A DNA stretch of 63,988 nt, filler included, from Octopus bimaculoides (lineage: Eukaryota), in NCBI RefSeq assembly GCF_001194135.2. It is 3 parts of 2 records of this genome, joined end to end, with 100 filler letters (N's around TTAATTAATTAA, not from the genome) between each part and the next. Parts side by side here need not be neighbours in the genome. Positions count along the whole stretch, not along the records: positions 31,736 to 62,639 come from NC_068990.1; 2 more parts are not named here. One strand, written 5' to 3'. Below are positions 49,128 through 60,624 of the stretch, piece by piece (position 1 is the first letter of the stretch; each line of letters begins with the position of its first letter). Position numbers and translations under genes: made by a program. Below the pieces are notes generated by a model. The model did no database searches, was not told the origin of the DNA, and worked only from the letters and a program-made list of their open reading frames with translations.

Positions 49128-49515
49128 GCAAATGTGTGGATGAGCATGTGTGTGTTTCAAGCGAGGGTGAATGAGTATATACATATAGGCGCATGTACGG
49201 ATTGGTGTGCTTACGCGAATACTCTGGACTTTTTTACTCCCTTACCTTTGCTCTCTCCCCTTACTTAGCGGTCATTCTAATAGCTCTTTTGTCTTAATAA
49301 CGGTCAACCACACAGTAATTTCCCTTTGTTTAATGGTCATTTTCATAGGAATTTTCAGTGGCCAGATAACTGAAGAGATGGCGGCGTGGGTTTCTGCTCC
49401 AGCATCCGAAACTCGGAGTTTTATCAGGGCTACCGAATAATTGTCACATATTTTTACTGATAAATTCCTCTATTTACATAATATCGAGGTCTCTTTCTTT
49501 TGTTGTCCTTTCTAT

Positions 49516-49551
<36 letters not shown>

Positions 49552-50176
49552 GTGTGTGTGGGGGAGTGTGAATGTATGCCTGTATATATATATATATACA
49601 CGTATATTTATATGCGTAAATGTCTAAATATATAAGTATTATGTTACATGTATGCATGCAAACACCTATGTGTATATGAGGGTGAAGTTGCATACACACA
49701 CACGCAGACACATATATATATATATACACACACATACACACGTGTGTGTGTGGATATGTATGAGTATTTACATATACATATATGTTTGTGTGTGTATACA
49801 TATACATATATGTGTGTGTATACATATATGTTTGTGTGTCTATGTGCATGTATGTATACATGTTTGTGTGAGTGAGTACGCATATAGATGTTATGAATGC
49901 AGGAGGTTTATGTCTATGTATTGTGAGAATATGGTTGAGTGTATTTTTTTTATTTTTTTTATTTTTCTACCTATTAGAGTAACTTCCCTTCTATGCAACA
50001 GTTTTGTATAGCATCTGTTGCCATTAATAGCCAACGAGAATGCATCGCAGCCCTTCGCTCTGACATTTGAAACTCCGAGTACTATAATGACAACTTATTG
50101 TTTGTTCTAGATTATAACATATATAAATAATCCTCTATTTATCTAATATCAAGGTCTCGTTCTTTTGTTGTTAATT

Positions 50177-50190
<14 letters not shown>
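48262..50190 (+). mobile_element. Second, 5'-truncated PLE of the same lineage (ORF end plus pLTR), interrupted by a sibling pLTR
   Basis: 48268-48420 resembles 43806-44000 (LCNMERWLILKS..CLNSRTELF). 49975-50190 resembles 46200-46412, including a decayed HHR at 50023-50087. Confidence 0.7.
49359..49432 (+). ncRNA. Type I hammerhead with intact catalytic core in a solo pLTR (~49150-49507)
   Basis: GATAA-CTGAAGA-GATG..CATC-C-GAAAC-TCGGA-GTT-TTATC. Predicted cleavage after 49420. Confidence 0.8.
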
Positions 50191-50225
<35 letters not shown>

Positions 50226-50384
50226 ATGTATGTATATATATATGTATGTGTATGTATGTATGTATGTATATGTTTGTATGTTGCTCCCTGTAGTTCATCT
50301 GCTGGACTGTGGCAATCTCCTTTGTATAGTGACGCTGAATTGCTTCGAGTTCTGCTGTCCGCTTATATGTATAGATATATTGGT

Positions 50385-51294
50385 GCAAGAGAGACGATTG
50401 CGCTGGTGTAGACATGTGGCGAGTATGGATGAGGATAGCTGTGTGAAAAAGTGCCACACCCTAGCAGTTGAGGGAACCCGTGGAAGAGGCAGGCCCAGGA
50501 AGACTGGGGATGAGGTGGTGAAGCACGATCTTTGGAAATATGCTGTGCGTGAGAAGACCCGGCAAGCCAAGTGAGACCAAATTCCAAGGCCTCTGCCAGG
50601 GATAGACCAAAATCCAAGGCCTCTGCCAGGGATAGACCAAAATCCAAGACCTCTGCCACGGATGTAGCCAGCCCACTTATGCGTAACATTTCTTCTTTGG
50701 ACACTAAACTCTGCTTGCAAAGACCTGTTGAGGCAAGTGAAATCGAAATCGAACTAAATTTGTAGACTGGCACCCATACCAACATCTTCATTGAACCCTA
50801 AACTCGGCTTGCAAAGACCTGTTGGGGCAAGCAAAAGCGAAATCGTGATGGCACCAGTACCAGTAAATCACTAAGAGCACTATCCGAGCGTGATCGTTGC
50901 CAAAGCATCAGCTGTCTGGCTTTCATGCCGGTGGCACGTAAATAGCACCATTTGAGCGTGACCGTTACCAACATCGCCTTCCTGGCACGTAAAAGACATT
51001 CGAGCGAGTTCGTTGCCAGTCCCGCTGGACTGACTGTTGTGCAAGTGGCACGTAAAATGCAACATTTCGAGCATGGCCGTTGCCAGTACCCCATGACTGG
51101 CCTTTGTGTCGGTGGCACGTAAAAGCACCCACTACACTCTCTGAGTGGTTGGCGTTAGGAAGGGCATCCAGCTGTAGAAACTCTGCCAAATCAGATTGGA
51201 GGCTGGTGTAGCCATCTGTTTCACCAGTCCTCAGTCAAATTGTCCAATCCATGCTAGCATGGAAAACGGACGTTAAACGGTGATGATGATGATG

Positions 51295-51295
<1 letters not shown>
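50385..51295 (+). mobile_element. RTE LINE 3' fragment with a triplicated 30-bp unit (50575-50664)
   Basis: VQERRLRW..CVKKCHTLAVEGTRGRGRPRKT, then the 3'UTR and (GAT)n tail. Confidence 0.9.
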
Positions 51296-51326
<31 letters not shown>

Positions 51327-51374
51327 AGATATATATATATGTATAGATATATTGAATATATATATTTTTTTTTG

Positions 51375-51615
51375 TTTATAGTTTCAGCTTAGAGCTGTGG
51401 CCATGCTGATGCACCACCATGTTGCTACACTGTTATTATGGGGAGCCTCCTACAATATGTGGCATTTGGTTAAGAATGGAGTTTGATTTAGCAACCCTCA
51501 TTTACACCTCTTGCCGTCAAGTAGGCTCATCTGGCACTCTGGACAGGAAGAGGTCCAGCTTTGATTTAAAAACCCCTACATCTACTTTGTGCAGGTTCCT
51601 CAGGCGGAAAGTCAT
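51375..51615 (-). mobile_element. CR1-like LINE 3' end
   Basis: LRNLHKVDVGVFKSKLDLFLSRVPDEPT is a typical CR1 ORF2 C-terminus. The 3'UTR ends GGTGGTGCATCAGCATGGCCACAGCTCTAAGCTGAAAC plus an A-rich tail. Confidence 0.75.
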
Positions 51616-51681
51616 GGTGGTGCTCCAGCATGACCACGACCACTTGGCTGAAGCCCATAAATAAATAAACAAATAAATACA

Positions 51682-51858
51682 TATAAAAGCACCCACTATA
51701 CTCTCTGAGTGGTTGGCGTTAGGAAGGGCATCCAGCTGTAGAAACTCTGCCAAATCAGATTGGAGCCTGGTGTTGCCATCCGGTTTCACCAGTCCTCAGT
51801 CAAATCGTCCAACCCATGCTAGCATGGAAAGCGGACGTTAAACGATGATGATGATGAT
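51682..51858 (+). mobile_element. Short young RTE 3' tail
   Basis: Differs from 57921-58088 at one position outside the GAT tail. Confidence 0.9.
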
Positions 51859-52227
51859 ATATATTCTAAAGGTTATATGACAATATAACATTTAATTATC
51901 TAGAATAGTTTATACTTTAATACCCAATAATCCTCCAGATAATCAATTTAATTTAATTATATTTTCTAAGCACAAATTTTGAAGAGTGTTTACAAGATAA
52001 AACACTTTTTTGTCTGTCGTTAAGAAGTTTCTTAAAACCAGTTCTAACCATTTTATTATTTAATTATTTTATTATACTTATTTTCATTATCAAAATATTT
52101 AGAAATAGATCTGTAAAAAGATTTAACCAAATTATTGCCTTTATCAAAGTTATCATTACATGATTTATTAAAATTAACATGTGGGATATATTTTCTACTC
52201 TTAAATCTAAACTCATCATCATCATCA

Positions 52228-52261
<34 letters not shown>

Positions 52262-52426
52262 ACTTACTTAAGATATACGTATTATTGGTATCAATTTTAG
52301 AATATAGATTTACTCTACATTTTTCTGCACTCTTAATTTGTATATTATTAGATTCATTAGTGGTCAGTTTATTAATAACAGTATCGTCCTTATTTTTATA
52401 AGATTTACTAAGTTTAAGTTTATAAC

Positions 52427-53404
52427 ACCATCATATCACAATGCTAAGCTAAGGAATTCTCTTGTTTTTTAATCATTCATCAATTCTCTTCATTTATCTT
52501 GTATTACTAACATGCTAAATGATAGTTAAGTTAACTTTATAACCTTAACACAAAGCTAGCCTGTACTCACATTTCTTTTACGCGATTTCTAAGCTATGAA
52601 ACTCATCTAGTTTTTTTTCTTTAATCGTTCATTATTGTTTACATCAATCTTACTTGTATTATTAACATGCCCATTATTCGATTTTTTGTGGCGAAGCTAG
52701 CCATCTTCTTTTCTTCCATTTCACTATTGTCCTTTGCTGCTATTTCTATTCCCCTGATCAACTCTTTGACAACTCCTGGTTATAAGACTATAAAGCACAT
52801 GGCTTTTGTCCCCAACCTTCTTTCCTGCAATTTGATACCATCATATCACAACACAAGATATCCAGCCACTAAGCAAAGGAATTCTCTCGCTTTTTAATCA
52901 TTCATCATTTCTCTTCATTTATTTAACTTTGTAACCATAACATGAAACTAGCCTGTACTTACATTTCTTTTTGGCAATGTTGAAGCTAAGAAACTTATCT
53001 AGTTTTTATTTTAATCGTTCATCATTGTTTACATCCGTCTTACATGTACTATTAACATGCCCATCTTTCGATTCTCTTGTAGCAAAGCTAGCCATTTTCT
53101 TTTCTTCTATTTCACTATTGTTCTTTACTGCTGTTTCTATTCCATTAACCAACTCTTTGACAACTCCTGGTTATAAGACTATATAGCATGTGGTTTTTGT
53201 CCCCAACCTTCTTTCCTGCTATTTGATACCATCATATCACAACGCAAGATGTCCAGCCACTAAGCTAAGGAATTCTCTAACTTTTTAATCATTCATCATT
53301 TATCTTCATTTATTTAACTTCTATTACTAACATGCTAAACGATCCTTAAATTAACCTTTTAACCTTAATGTGAAGCTAGCCTGTACTTTCATTTCTTTTT
53401 CGCG
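52427..53404. repeat. ~400-bp tandem repeat, ~2.4 copies, each built from two diverged sub-units
   Basis: ACCATCATATCACAA at 52427, 52837 and 53228 (periods 410 and 391). Confidence 0.9.
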
Positions 53405-53430
53405 ATGCACCCAGCCTTTCCCACCCTCGC

Positions 53431-53558
53431 CACCAATACTGGAAATCTCGCCACCTCCAATACCAGAAATCCAGCAACCAGTACTGGAAATCCCGTCACC
53501 AGTACTGAAAATCCCACCACTGATACTGGAAATCCCACTACCAATCCTGGAAATCTCC
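53431..53558. repeat. 21-bp minisatellite, ~6 copies (CACCAGTACTGGAAATCCCGC-like)
   Basis: Seen directly. It is open in several frames, giving TxTGNP- or GISSxG-type 7-mers. Confidence 0.85.
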
Positions 53559-53788
53559 TCTCTCGCATGCCAGTAATCTCTTCTCTTTACCATGAAATCT
53601 CTTCCCCACTTCCCTTATACTGAAAACTTCCACAGGGTTCTGCCTTACTTCTGCACCAGCAGATCTATATATTTCTGTCCTTTCCCCCATTCCAAACCAT
53701 CTTCCTCTCACCCTTTCCCTCTCCCCCCTNNNNNNNNNNNNNNNNNNNNNNNNNNNNNNNNNNNNNNNNNNNNNNNNNNNNNNNNNNN

Positions 53789-53836
<48 letters not shown>

Positions 53837-54140
53837 GTATACACACATATATAATGGACTAACCCAACCAAATAGCAGCACAATTACTTACTTAATTTAA
53901 TATTGGTATATTTATATCTATACCTGCAGCTGCAGTAATGCTTATATTTACAATGTTTACCTTACTCTCACCCACATTAGAGGCAACAATTTTAACTTGT
54001 TTGAATGATGATAAGTTAAAAGTGAGAGCAACTGTTATGACATATCTGGTATCAAACAATCACGGAAACCTTCTTTTCAAGTGCTGAACAACATCTCTCC
54101 TTCCCATGTTCCCTCCCACATCCCTTTCCCAGTTTTCAGA

Positions 54141-56996
54141 GTCAGCACTGTAAATATAGGAACATTGAGATTGTAGAGATGCTTGAAAGGAGGCATGTTC
54201 ATGTATGTTGCATCCAAGCAATTAAGTGGAAAGGATCTTCAGCTAGGTTCTTCACAGGCAAGACACATAGATATAAAATCTTCTGGGAAGGTAAGTGATG
54301 GAGTAAGTGGTGTGAGCATACTGCTAGCTGAGAAATGGGTGGATAAGGTGATAGAAGTAGTTAGCGTGTGCGACAGAGTACTTAAGCTCAGGTTAGTCTT
54401 GCAGAATCGTATAGCTACAATTATATCTGCCTATGCCCCACAAGTGGGCCTACCAAATGAAGAGAAGTACCATTTTTATGATATTCTTCTGCAGGCTACC
54501 TCCAAGGTGAGTGACAATGATCATATCTTCATAGTTGGGGATTTTAATGGGCATGTCAGACGGCAGCCTGGTATCTACCATGGTGTTCATAGGGGCCATG
54601 GAATTGGTTCCCGAAATGAAGAGGGAACAAGGCTACTGGAGTTGTGTGATGCGAATAACCTTTTGATCTGCAACACCAACTTCAGGAAGCCAGCCAGCCA
54701 CCTGTTCACCTATCAGTCAGGTGACACTGCTAGCCAGATTGATTTTATTCTCACAGATGCATGATTGCTCTTAAATGCAAAGACTCTCCCTGGTGAAGTA
54801 TGTACCCCACCACTAGCATAAACTAGTTATTAGCAACTTTAGACTCCAGGCCAGAACGATGCCAAGAAGCAGACCAATTGGGAAAAGAAGGATCTGGAAG
54901 CTTAAGGACCTTTCATATGGTCAGAGACTTAGGGACATCTGAATCGGGAAATTTGATGAGAGTGGGGAGCAGCTACAAACTTGTAACATAGAGAGCAACT
55001 GGGAATTCCTGTGAAACAGCTTGCTGGGTGCCACAGACCAAATCTGTGGCTGGTGCAAAGTCCATTCCAGACCTAGGGTAACATGGTGGTGGAACAAGAA
55101 TACTGTAGACAGGGTCATTAGAGCAAAGAAACAGGCCTGGAAGAGTGGGGTCAGTAGGGAACTGTATCAGATAGCCAGAAAGGAAGCTAGGAGACAAGTA
55201 TATTTCGCCAAGGGAGAAGCAGAAAAGAAGTTTGCCTATGTTCAGCACCATGAGGACCAACAAACTGAAGTATTTCGGATTGCAAGACAGTGTGTGAGAG
55301 AAAATTGTGATGTCATAAGAAAGAAATGTGTCCAGATGGATGATGGTGCACTTGCTTTTAATGATTCTGCAAAGAAAGAGGCTTAGAGACGCTATTAAGA
55401 AAGACTGCTGAACATGGAGAATGAATGGGAGGAGGAGTGTCTACCAAACGTTGAATTAGCTAAGGGACCAGATATCCGAATTGACAGTACACTGGTAGAT
55501 AAAGCAATTTAGGATGTGAAGACAGGGAAAGCCCCCGGCCCATCAGGAATCACTGCTGAGATGCTTAGAATATCTGGCGGTGTGGGTTATGATCTAGTCA
55601 CCCATATTGTAAATCAGGTAGTTGATAAAGGAGTCATACCCAGTGATGTGTGTAGCAGCACCATAGTCAACTGCTACAAAGGTAAAGGTGATGCCTTAGA
55701 AAGAAATAATTACAGAGGTATCAAATTGTTGGATCAGGTGATGAAAGGTGCAGAGAGAGAGTCATAGCCCAACTAATTAGGAAGAGTGTTAGTCTAGATA
55801 AGATGCAGTTAGGCTTTGTACCAGGTAGAAGCACCACTGGTGCTATATTTTTGGTAAGGCAACTGCAGGAGAAATACCTAACCAAAAATAAACCTCTGTA
55901 CTTGGCTTTTGTTGACTTGGAGAAAGCTTTTGACAGAGTCCCCCTATCCATTATCTGGTAGTCAATGCGGAAACTAGGGTCAAATGAGCAGTTGGTGAGA
56001 GCTGTACAAGTGTGAAGGTGAGCAACAAGTACAGCAAAGAATTCAGGGTACAAGTAGGGGTTCACCAAGGATCAGTACTCAGCCCACTCTTCTTCATCAT
56101 ATTCCTTCAGGCAATAACAGAGGAATTCAAGACAGGCTGCCTCTGGGAGCTCCTCTATGCTGATGACCTTGCTCTTATAGCTGAATCATTACCTGAGCTA
56201 GAAAAGAAGTTCTAGGTATGGAAACAAGGTCTAGAATCAAAAAGCCTTAGAATTAACCTAGCAAAAACCAAAGTCATAGTAAGTAAGAAGGCAGACAAAC
56301 CATAAATCCCTTCAGGTAGATGGCCCTGTTTGATCTGTAGAAGAGGTGTAGGTAGAAACTCCATAAGATGCACTCAGTGTAAGCTTTGGACACACAAAAG
56401 GTGCAGCAACATCAAAGGAAGGTCAACAGAAAAACTAACTTTGTATATGGAAGGTGCACAGGCATAATAAATGCTGAACATGTATGGAAAATAGACTCCA
56501 TCAACTGCCAGGAGTGCAAGCTAGAGGTGGTAGATAGCATCTGGTATCTAGCTGACCTGGTCAGTAATGGTGGTGGTTGTTCCGGGAGTGTAACTGTGAG
56601 AATAAGATTAAGCTGGACAAAGTTCAGAGAGCTTCTACTCCTACTGGCAACAAAGATCCTCTCTCTCTCTCAAAGTGAAAGGCAGATTGTATGATGCCTG
56701 TGTGAGAACAGCTATGATACATGGCAGTGAAACATAGGCTGTGACAGTCAAGGACATGCGTAGGCTTGAAAGAAATGAAACCAGTATGCTTTGCTGGATG
56801 TGCAGTGTCAGTGTGCATATTCGTCAGCGTGTAGGCATCTTGAGAGAAAAGTTAGGCATAAGAGGAATCAGATGTGATGTGCAAGAGAGACAACTGTGCT
56901 GGTATGATCATGTAATGTGTATGGATGGGGACAGTTGTATAAGGGGGTGCCGATCTCTAACTATGGAGAGGACCTGTGGTAGAGGTAGACCCAGGA
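54141..56996 (+). mobile_element. Degenerate RTE LINE ORF2 (APE, RT, PHD-like finger)
   Basis: STVNIGTL, IISAYAPQVG, VGDFNGHV, QIDFIL, GKAPGPSGITAEML, LLYADDL. Many stops and frameshifts. Confidence 0.95.
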
Positions 56997-57026
56997 AGTA
57001 GATACACGGATATATATAGATACATG

Positions 57027-57067
<41 letters not shown>

Positions 57068-57920
57068 NNNNNNNNNNNNNNNNNNNNNNNNNNNNNNNNN
57101 NNNNNNNNNNNNNNNNNNNNNNNNNNNNNNNNNNNNNNNNNNNNNNNNNNNNNNNNNNNNNNNNNNNNNNNNNNNNNNNNNNNNNNNNNNNNNNNNNNNN
57201 NNNNNNNNNNNNNNNNNNNNNNNNNNNNNNNNNNNNNNNNNNNNNNNNNNNNNNNNNNNNNNNNNNNNNNNNNNNNNNNNNNNNNNNNNNNNNNNNNNNN
57301 NNNNNNNNNNNNNNNNNNNNNNNNNNNNNNNNNNNNNNNNNNNNNNNNNNNNNNNNNNNNNNNNNNNNNNNNNNNNNNNNNNNNNNNNNNNNNNNNNNNN
57401 NNNNNNNNNNNNNNNNNNNNNNNNNNNNNNNNNNNNNNNNNNNNNNNNNNNNNNNNNNNNNNNNNNNNNNNNNNNNNNNNNNNNNNNNNNNNNNNNNNNN
57501 NNNNNNNNNNNNNNNNNNNNNNNNNNNNNNNNNNNNNNNNNNNNNNNNNNNNNNNNNNNNNNNNNNNNNNNNNNNNNNNNNNNNNNNNNNNNNNNNNNNN
57601 NNNNNNNNNNNNNNNNNNNNNNNNNNNNNNNNNNNNNNNNNNNNNNNNNNNNNNNNNNNNNNNNNNNNNNNNNNNNNNNNNNNNNNNNNNNNNNNNNNNN
57701 NNNNNNNNNNNNNNNNNNNNNNNNNNNNNNNNNNNNNNNNNNNNNNNNNNNNNNNNNNNNNNNNNNNNNNNNNNNNNNNNNNNNNNNNNNNNNNNNNNNN
57801 NNNNNNNNNNNNNNNNNNNNNNNNNNNNNNNNNNNNNNNNNNNNNNNNNNNNNNNNNNNNNNNNNNNNNNNNNNNNNNNNNNNNNNNNNNNNNNNNNNNN
57901 NNNNNNNNNNNNNNNNNNNN

Positions 57921-58088
57921 NACTCTCTGAGTGGTTGGCGTTAGGAAGGGCATCCAGCTGTAGAAACTCTGCCAAATCAGACTGGAGCCTGGTGTTGCCA
58001 TCCGGTTTCACCAGTCCTCAGTCAAATCGTCCAACCCATGCTAGCATGGAAAGCGGACGTTAAACGATGATGATGATGATGATGATGA
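57921..58088 (+). mobile_element. Young RTE 3' tail emerging from a gap
   Basis: Near-identical to 51700-51858. Confidence 0.9.
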
Positions 58089-58111
58089 TATATATAGATA
58101 GATACATGTAT

Positions 58112-59821
58112 ATATATGTTCGTTCTGTTGTCTGTAGTTTATTGTTCTAACGTCCTGTACCCTGATATGCATGTATATACACATGTAGATGTAAGTATGT
58201 ACATATATGTGTGTATACATGTATATATATTCTTTGTATTATTACATTATTGAACGCACACGTCCTTTTTTGCAAGTAAGTCTACTATTATTCTGACGTG
58301 ACTATCTTTCTATCTATCTATCTATCTATCTGTCTATCTATCTATCTATCTTTCTATCTATTTATCTATCTGTCTTCCTCCATCTTTCTATCTATACCTC
58401 TGTCCTGGCCTCTACTTCACTGCTATACCCTTCTGTCCCTTCCTCCTTGTTCCNNNNNNNNNNNNNNNNNNNNNNNNNNNNNNNNNNNNNNNNNNNNNNN
58501 NNNNNNNNNNNNNNNNNNNNNNNNNNNNNNNNNNNNNNNNNNNNNNNNNNNNNNNNNNNNNNNNNNNNNNNNNNNNNNNNNNNNNNNNNNNNNNNNNNNN
58601 NNNNNNNNNNNNNNNNNNNNNNNNNNNNNNNNNNNNNNNNNNNNNNNNNNNNNNNNNNNNNNNNNNNNNNNNNNNNNNNNNNNNNNNNNNNNNNNNNNNN
58701 NNNNNNNNNNNNNNNNNNNNNNNNNNNNNNNNNNNNNNNNNNNNNNNNNNNNNNNNNNNNNNNNNNNNNNNNNNNNNNNNNNNNNNNNNNNNNNNNNNNN
58801 NNNNATATATGTTCGTTCTGTTGTCTGTAGTTTATTGTTCTAACGTCCTGTACCCTGATATGCATGTATATACACATGTAGATGTAAGTATGTACATATA
58901 TGTGTGTATACATGTATATATATTCTTTGTATTATATATATATATATATATATATAATACAAATAATATGTGAGTATGTGCATATATACGTACATGTAAG
59001 TACATACCTACATCTACATGTATATATAGATGCATATCTGAGTACAGGATGTCACAAGAAAACGTGGGCAAAATGAGAAACAGAACACAAACAGAGCACA
59101 GAAAAGACACAGGCCACATAGTGAACATTTCCTTCATCAGCTGCCACCATTCTAAAACTAAGCATTTCAAAGAGTTAGTGCAGGACGCATTGTTAGAATG
59201 GCTCTTCCCCCGGAAACAAATTAAATTTGGAACGTGGAGGAATATAGTAGCGAACAGAAAACACAACAAGAAAACGAAACAGTGAAAATAAACAAGAAGA
59301 GCTATAAGGCCAGGGGTGAAAAAAATATATATGTATACGTAACGTTGTGATGTGACGAACTTAAAGGAAGAGAGAAGAAGAAAGTTCGTGTGAGCTTGCC
59401 AGTAGCCAAGATAAGAAAGGACGTAGTAGCCGGACACATGTGACCAGCGAGGGGTAAGGAGAAAGAGTGATAGAGAGAGAAAAAAGGGGAGGAAGTAGAA
59501 TATATGTGAGCAACGAGAGACAGGGAGGAAGAGAGAGAGATATAGTAGTGAAGGGGAGAGGCAAAGAACAACAGAAGGAAGAACGAGAGGGGGAGAAAGA
59601 TACAGAGTCGCGTCAGAAATATAAAGTTAAAACTTACTTGCAAAGATGGCGCGTGCGTTCGATCATTTATAATACAAATAATATGTGAGTATATGCATAT
59701 ATACGTACATGTATGTACATACCTACATCTACATGTGTATATATAGATGCATATCTGAGTACAGGTCGTCACAAGAAAATGTGGGCAAAATGAGAAACAG
59801 AACATAAACAGAGCATAGAAA
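58112..59821. repeat. Complex of direct and inverted repeats resembling PLE pLTR architecture
   Basis: 58112-58242 equals 58805-58935. 58955-59104 is similar to 59669-59821. The two pairs are partly reverse complements of each other. Confidence 0.7.
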
Positions 59822-60624
59822 TATATACGCACATGGACACACACATACAGACACACATAAACACACTCGCGCATACACACACACGCACCCGTACCTAACA
59901 CTCACAACCCCACGCACATACACACACACACGCACACACACACGCACACACCCACATACACATGCACACACACTTCTCACCAACACAACACACTCACACA
60001 GACACGCATACAATCACAGACACATGGGCATAAACAACACACGCACATACAATAGCAAACGCACGCACACACACGTACACAGCAACGCACATATACACAA
60101 ACACACACGCACGCACAAAAACATACACATATACACACGCGCACGTACAAAATACACATGCACACGTACCCAACACCTGCAACCCCACACAAACACACAC
60201 ACGAACACACACATACTCNNNNNNNNNNNNNNNNNNNNNNNNNNNNNNNNNNNNNNNNNNNNNNNNNNNNNNNNNNNNNNNNNNNNNNNNNNNNNNNNNN
60301 NNNNNNNNNNNNNNNNNNNNNNNNNNNNNNNNNNNNNNNNNNNNNNNNNNNNNNNNNNNNNNNNNNNNNNNNNNNNNNNNNNNNNNNNNNNNNNNNNNNN
60401 NNNNNNNNNNNNNNNNNNNNNNNNNNNNNNNNNNNNNNNNNNNNNNNNNNNNNNNNNNNNNNNNNNNNNNNNNNNNNNNNNNNNNNNNNNNNNNNNNNNN
60501 NNNNNNNNNNNNNNNNNNNNNNNNNNNNNNNNNNNNNNNNNNNNNNNNNNNNNNNNNNNNNNNNNNNNNNNNNNNNNNNNNNNNNNNNNNNNNNNNNNNN
60601 NNNNNNNNNNNNNNNNNNNNNCTA

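Noticed and set aside
50575-50664. 30-bp repeats as a CRISPR-like array
   Set aside because: Contiguous tandem units without spacers, inside an RTE 3'UTR of a eukaryote.
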